A DNA stretch of 64,000 bases from Podarcis gaigeae (taxonomy: Eukaryota), in the NCBI GenBank assembly GCA_964106915.2, contig OZ066915.1, one strand, 5' to 3'. Below are positions 58,296 to 64,000 of the stretch, piece after piece. Position 1 is the first letter of the stretch. Every line of letters begins with the position of its first letter. Made by a program: the position numbers and the translations under genes. The notes beneath the pieces are model-generated. The model worked only from the letters and a program-made list of their open reading frames with translations. It searched no databases and was not told where the DNA came from.

Positions 58296-58715
58296 GTACC
58301 CCACCGAAGACTTTTTAGTAAGCTTAGCAGTCATGGAATAAGAGGTCCTCTTGTGGATCAGGTATTGGTGAAGTAACAAGAAGCAGAGAGTAGGAATAAA
58401 TGGGCAGTTCTCCAGTGGAGGGATGTAGACAGCAGTCCCCCAATTATCAGTTTTGAGGCCTGTGCTTTTTATTTGTTCACAACTGATATGAAGTTAGTGA
58501 AGTAGTCAAGTTTGCTGATGATACTTAACTGTTCAAGGTGGGCTTTTTAAAGGGATTGTGAATTGCTGCAGAAGGATTTCTCCTGAATGAATCGGCAGTA
58601 AAATGGCAAATACAGTTCATTGTAAACAACTGCAAAGTGATGCATATCTAGGCAAAAACCCCTAATTGCATATATTGCACCTATATACATACTGCATATA
58701 TGCTCATGAGGTCTC
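58296..58715 (+). mobile_element. CR1 LINE ORF2 (RT) degenerate fragment
   Basis: VPHRRLFSKLSSHGIRG...; aagtttgctgatgatact (KFADDT); aaatggcaaatacagttc...tgcaaagtgatgcat (WQxxF..CKVMH). Confidence 0.8.
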
Positions 58716-60648
58716 CCATACAATATATTTACTATGAATAAGCGACAATATGTCTAACTTTACCCACCCAGGCGCTCCAAAAGATGCCAACAAATGCCTA
58801 GCCACATTTTCAGTGGTTTGGGTGTTGGCTCTCCTAGTTCCACTGAACTGCAAATGTTCACAAACATTTAATGTTTCACTTCCCCTATGGCCCCCGCCTC
58901 ATCCCCCAAAATTGCAAGCTCCGACTCCAGCATTGTGTCCACTCTGTTTCATGTGTTCTGTCCACGTGTTTCCAAGTATGGTTATTAATTAAATCTCTAG
59001 GAAGCTAATCTTGGCTTGTTTGAAAATACTGTAGATAGAAATAGTGCTGTCCCTTGGCAAACAGGACTCTCAAGTGCAACATACTGGCTTAACATTTTCA
59101 GGGAAGAAAACACAGCAAAGCTTTGTTTGGTGTTGCTTTATCCAAACTATTCATCCAGACTTTCTAAATCAAGCTTTTTTAGCCACCACAGGTGCTGGTA
59201 GGGGATAGGTCTGTAGGATTTGTCTATTCAGGATGAGGCAGGGGTGAGCAATGTCCCCCCAATTTTCTTACATTTTGAAAACCCTCTCTCTGCTCCACAG
59301 TGCATACTGAAGCTTCTAATGATTCATATGTGGCTCTTTAATTTTTGGTAACTTAGTTCTAACAAAGATAAACCGTTTTTGGGTCTCACTTGGGCTTGAG
59401 GGCTTGAACCCTCTTACTGAAAGACAAGAATTCTGGTGAGAGTACACACACAGCAATTGTATTAAGTGCCAAAGTACTGGGACAGTACTGCCTCCTGAAT
59501 AGACAAATGATGGTGAAACTGTATTAGGTTCAGGAAATTATACTCAGCGAGTTCTAAAAGATTGTACAGCTAACATAAAACAGGGAATACTTTTTGTACT
59601 CTAGTGTCCAAAACACAAGATGGTACATAAAAAATGCACTTTGTAACTTGTAACATCAAAATCTGATGCCGGTAGCTCAGAAAATTGATGAATCTTAGCT
59701 TTGTAGCATGTGCTAAAAGCCTTGCAAGCTCATCTGTAAAACGGGGGTTTTATTGCTCTCTTCATTATTATTTTTCTGATGTGGTTGCAATAAGGGTGTG
59801 TGTGCACCTGTCTCCACAAACCCATTTGTCATGTCTTCCTTTCACCTCAGCAGTGAAACCTCCCAGGCAAGCAGGATAAAAAGGAGATGTACCTTTTCTG
59901 CTCCCCTAGCAGCAGGTTTGTAGGGAAATAATTAAATTACTTCCTGTGCATCCCATTAAGCAAAACCTCACAGGGCTGAACCTACAATTAGACACAGTGA
60001 AGCAACAGCCCGAGGTGACTGATGCTGTGGGCTAGCAGCCCTCGAGCTGTTCCTCCTGTGCCCTCTGGCCGGTTTGTCACACAACCACTACGCTTCAAGG
60101 TTTGGTGGGGAACTCCATCCTATTGGTAGTGTTGAAGATTCAGCTGCCAGTCTAATCAACTTCTGCATTTCAAAGGGGGAGGCGCCATTTTGTCCTTTTC
60201 CTCAGACAGCAAACTCAACCCAGTTTTAAAACGGAGAGGTTATCGGTTTCCTAGAATTACTCAGGAGAGAGATACTGAACAGTGCCAAGTGAGTGCTTAA
60301 TTTAGATAAGATAACGCCACGTCACAGCCAGATTCCGCCACAACCTGTTCTTTGCCCACTGGTGTCCCCATTCAGCTGGGGTCAGCCAGGCACCACTTCA
60401 GCATTCTCCCGACATGCAGCTCACTGCCTGTTTGCTCCCTTTCAGGCCTGTTTTATTTTAAGTTGTCCTTCCCACCCCCCCACAGCAGCATTCAAGGTTT
60501 CTTTTTCAACTTGAGCCCCTCCTTCTCAACTTTCTGCGCCCTCCTCTAGCCATGCATCAGCCATCTATTCGGTGGGTGAGCATACACAATACCTCACATA
60601 CAGCAGCCCATTGCTATAGATAATGTTTTGTGTAAAATACTATTTTGG

Positions 60649-60653
<5 letters not shown>

Positions 60654-60683
<30 letters not shown>
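60654..60683. repeat. (CT)n microsatellite
   Basis: Seen directly. Confidence 0.95.
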
Positions 60684-60686
<3 letters not shown>

Positions 60687-60859
60687 CTTCACTGTTTTCC
60701 ATCTCTCTTGTTTCCTTGCCTGTTCAATCGACTGGGCTTCAGATGTATTTCACCCCAATTTGAACAGAGCGCGGACAGACAACCACTGAAATAAATGTCT
60801 TTCAAATATTTGGGCATTTATTTTGTGACTGGCAAATAAAAGCTGAGGAATCCAGTATA

Positions 60860-61103
60860 CAGTGGTACCTCAGGTTACATATGCTTCAGGTTACATACAC
60901 TTCAGGTTACATACTCCACTAACCCAGAAATAATACCTCAGGTTAAGAACTTTGCTTCAGGGTGAGAACAGAAATTGTGCTCCGGCGGTGCAGCAGCAGC
61001 AGGAGGAGGCCCATTAGCTAAAGTGGTGCTTCAGGTTAAGAACAGTTTCAGGTTAAGTACAGACCTCTGGAACAAATTAAGTACTTAACCTGAGATACCA
61101 CTG
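60860..61103. mobile_element. Tigger-like MITE with internal TCAGGTTA repeats
   Basis: TA|CAGTGGTACCTCAGGTTA ... TAACCTGAGATACCACTG|TA. Confidence 0.88.
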
Positions 61104-61297
61104 TATAAGATTCAAAGCATCCCTTCCTCCAGAGCATTCCAGCATTTCTGTGGAAGCGATGGTGGAAATCTGACCAATGTTGATCAGTCTTTTTGAAGTC
61201 AAAGTAATTTCCTATACCTTGTAGTACAGGGGTATGGGGGGGGCATAGTGTGCATATTTGCTTGAATGCCATGGTTTTAAAATAGTAACACCTCTCA

Positions 61298-61452
61298 GGA
61301 TGGGGTGAACTCTCCTTCCTTGGAGGTTTTAAAGCAGAGGTTGGATGGCTATCTGTCATGGATGCTTTAGCTGAGATTCCTGCATTGCAGGGGGTTGGAC
61401 TAGATGACCCTTGGGGTCCCTTCCGGCTCTACAGTTCTATGATTCTATGATT
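61298..61452 (+). mobile_element. CR1 LINE 3' end
   Basis: ctccttccttggaggttttaaagcagaggttggatgg...ggttggactagatgaccc...ggtcccttcc...(ttctatga)2 terminal octamer repeats. Confidence 0.9.
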
Positions 61453-63002
61453 TTTGAGTTCTTTGGTACAAAGGCAGCATATCAATGTAGTTAAAATGAA
61501 TCACACTTTGCTCCGACTTCCAAGAAGTTACCAGAAATGGCTATGTGTTTGTGTAGGGTTGCCATATTTTGGAAATTCCCCTTGGACGTCGTTTTAACCT
61601 TTGGAATCCTGGCAATGTCCGGGAAAATCCAGACATATGGCACATATATGTTTGTATCAAAGATTCACCATTGCCTCTGTGCACAAATCCAACTGCAAAT
61701 TTTAAGCACTTTGGAAGTTCTTCCTCATGAAACAAAGAAAAGACACTTGCTTTTAAAATCCCTATTAGGGTGATAACTTCATTAAGCCAACAAAGATATA
61801 AGAAAATAGTGTGAAAGTTTCCAGTTCTCCAAACACTTCATCTGGCTCAGAAGTAGGCAACTGGGCACAACTCCCATTAGCCCCAACCCATATAAACAGT
61901 GATCGGAGATAATGCAGGTTTGTAGTCCAGCAACATGTGGAGGGCACAGAGTTTGCTACCCCTGTTGTAGGATGGTAAACAGAGAAAGGCCGGGGGGCGG
62001 GGCAGGGCGGAGCGTGGGGAGAAAGCAGCTTATAGTGATGTTATGGATTCTGCATCTTTTCAAAGGCTTTAGATGGGATCATAGAGGAGCTGACATACAT
62101 TCAAGTGAGCCTGTTTTAAGGTGCTGGTTTCCGGTTGCCCGTAGAGATGCTGGGAAGGTGGAACACACAACGGTTGTGTGTCAATAACTGAAAACCACTT
62201 GTAACCATGGTCTCCCCCTGCTAGTCTGAAAAAGAGTTCTGTAGAACTTGAAAGCTAGCACACTGCTCTAATATGGCTTTCGGAATTTTTCTTACGGGCC
62301 AGCACAGATACCTTTACCTTTTGGGTTGCTTTTTACATTTATCATTCAGCAGCAAGCAGACAGATCAAGAAAGGTTTGTAAACGGCTGCTCCCATGAAGC
62401 TATTCAAGCAAAGGATGCGCAAGTATTTTATGCCTCCGATTACCAAGGAAATTGAGATAGTGCAAATGGCAACATAGTTGTTCAGCAATGCCAGAAGCTT
62501 AAGTAGTACAGTTAATGGTTCATCCCTTGCTTTACAGCCGATGTGATGTGGCTACCTTTTTTCGGTCTGACGGCCACATTGATCTTTGTCCCACCTTACA
62601 GGGATCACATGGCAGTGGTGGGTGTGGCCACACCACATTTGCCCACACGTCTTGCAGACACACAAACAGAGGCACACAGCTTCTCCATCTCAGCTGGTCC
62701 ATGCAGGTCATATGAGGAAGGGGCCTATCACCCTATCAAATATTTGATTTTATGACCCAGGGAGGATGTCTTGGGAGGGTGGAGATAAAAATTGCTTGGG
62801 CTGGATCAGGCAACAGCTTAGGAAGCAGTGGCTCCATTTTGAAAAAAGTGCTAGGTTCTGCTGAAGTTCAAGTGGCACTGTGGAAAAGTATTCTGCTGAA
62901 AATGCACAATGTTCTGTAGGTATCCAAAAGAAAGTGGTTAGAGATGTGAGCATCTCATGGAGGGTGAGGCAGAAGATCTCAGCAACAACAAAGGGTCTAA
63001 TG

Positions 63003-63257
63003 CAGGGGTCAGCAAACTTTTTCAGCAGGGGGCCGGTCCACTGCCCCTCAGACCTTGTGGGGGGCCGGACTATATTTTTTTTTTGGGGGGGGAATGATCG
63101 AATTCCTATGCCCCACAAATAACCCAGAGATGCATTTTAAATAAAAGGGCACATTCTACTCATGTAAAAACACGCTGATTCCCAGACCATCCGTGGGCTG
63201 GATTTAGAAGGCGATTGGGCCACATCCAACCCCCGCACCTTAGTTTGCCTACCCACG
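63003..63257. mobile_element. Full-length hAT MITE
   Basis: CAGGGGTCAGCAAACT ... AGTTTGCCTACCCACG; 8-bp TSD GTCTAATG / GTCTAACG. Confidence 0.85.
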
Positions 63258-64000
63258 GTCTAACGGAATCAGTCTAAGACTTGTTGTTCTCAAAATAGCC
63301 ACAGGCACAAGGCAGCACAAAGGGGAACTAGCCTGAATTATAGTTGTTTGTCCATTTGCAAGGTGAATGAACATTAGCACACTTGGCAAAGCCTATGTTT
63401 AAAATTACACGGAACAGGGTGATCAGAGGATGATTACTTGTAAATACAAGTGAGATCTGCAGCTAAGTGCTGCAGTGTGGAGTGTTCCTGTTTGTGGCTG
63501 GCTGGGCTAGTACTCTGTACTCTTCCAGTCCATACCATTCCCCATCTCTTCCCTTGACCCCACCTCACCTAAAGATTTAGCAATCCTCCACTGACTTTAC
63601 TCACGTCTTCTTTGGGCTGTTTTATGGGAGGGCTGCTCCTCCCCCTGCAGACTATCTGAAATTTTCTGTCTCCCCCACTCTCAGCAGTCAGCCAGCTTTC
63701 TGTGGGCACTTGAGCATGATTTCATTGGGTTGTTTTAGGGGGTTTCCTCCCCCTTTGTCCCCCCCACTCTAAACATTGTTTTTACTGCAAACCCTGAAGT
63801 TGCCTCAAGCTTGCTAATTCCTCGTGTCTATTGCAATTTTGACTACATAAGCAATGGCACTGAGAGAAGTGAATCAGAATTAGAATGCAAGATGATAGAT
63901 TGACTTGTCATGATAATGGAGCTCATTTTTATCCAGGCTGCTTTCAAGCTAATACAGATCAGCTTAATATCTCAGCTTCAGTTTTAAATGCACTGGTTTT

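Noticed and set aside
60869-61060. Spaced TCAGGTTA repeats superficially like a CRISPR array
   Set aside because: Short subterminal repeats of a TA-flanked Tigger-like MITE in a vertebrate genome; irregular spacing and no cas genes.
57500-64000. UQCRQ exons or a second LEAP2 paralogue, expected from mammalian synteny
   Set aside because: No recognisable UQCRQ or LEAP2-like coding sequence found by eye on either strand; probably beyond the window. tBLASTn would settle it.

Overview
Eukaryotic (vertebrate) genomic DNA, very probably from a squamate and most likely a lacertid lizard, judging by the Sauria SINE, Squam3-like SINE, L2/CR1, hAT and Tigger MITE content. Most of the window is the complete AFF4 gene (super elongation complex scaffold) on the + strand. 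It has a CpG-island promoter and non-coding exon 1 (~2.1-3.5 kb), 20 coding exons (15943-49601, ~1160 aa when spliced by hand) and a ~5.5 kb 3'UTR ending near 55.07 kb. Immediately downstream, tail-to-tail on the - strand, is a complete 3-exon LEAP2 gene (57236-55818, 77-aa prepropeptide) with a TATA box and HNF4/FOXA-like promoter motifs; the ORF track misses it. The most notable observations are: (1) a uORF-loaded AFF4 leader whose signal-peptide-like 65-aa uORF overlaps the AFF4 start, plus a candidate intron-1 exon that would rewire it; (2) a frame-preserving 21-nt microexon in AFF4 intron 7; (3) a GT->TT dead donor at exon 11 apparently rescued by an in-frame donor 9 nt downstream; (4) a one-residue deletion in the receptor-binding N-terminus of LEAP2; (5) two intronic pre-miRNA-like hairpins. 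No prokaryotic features are present. Comparisons with human proteins are from memory and were not computed.
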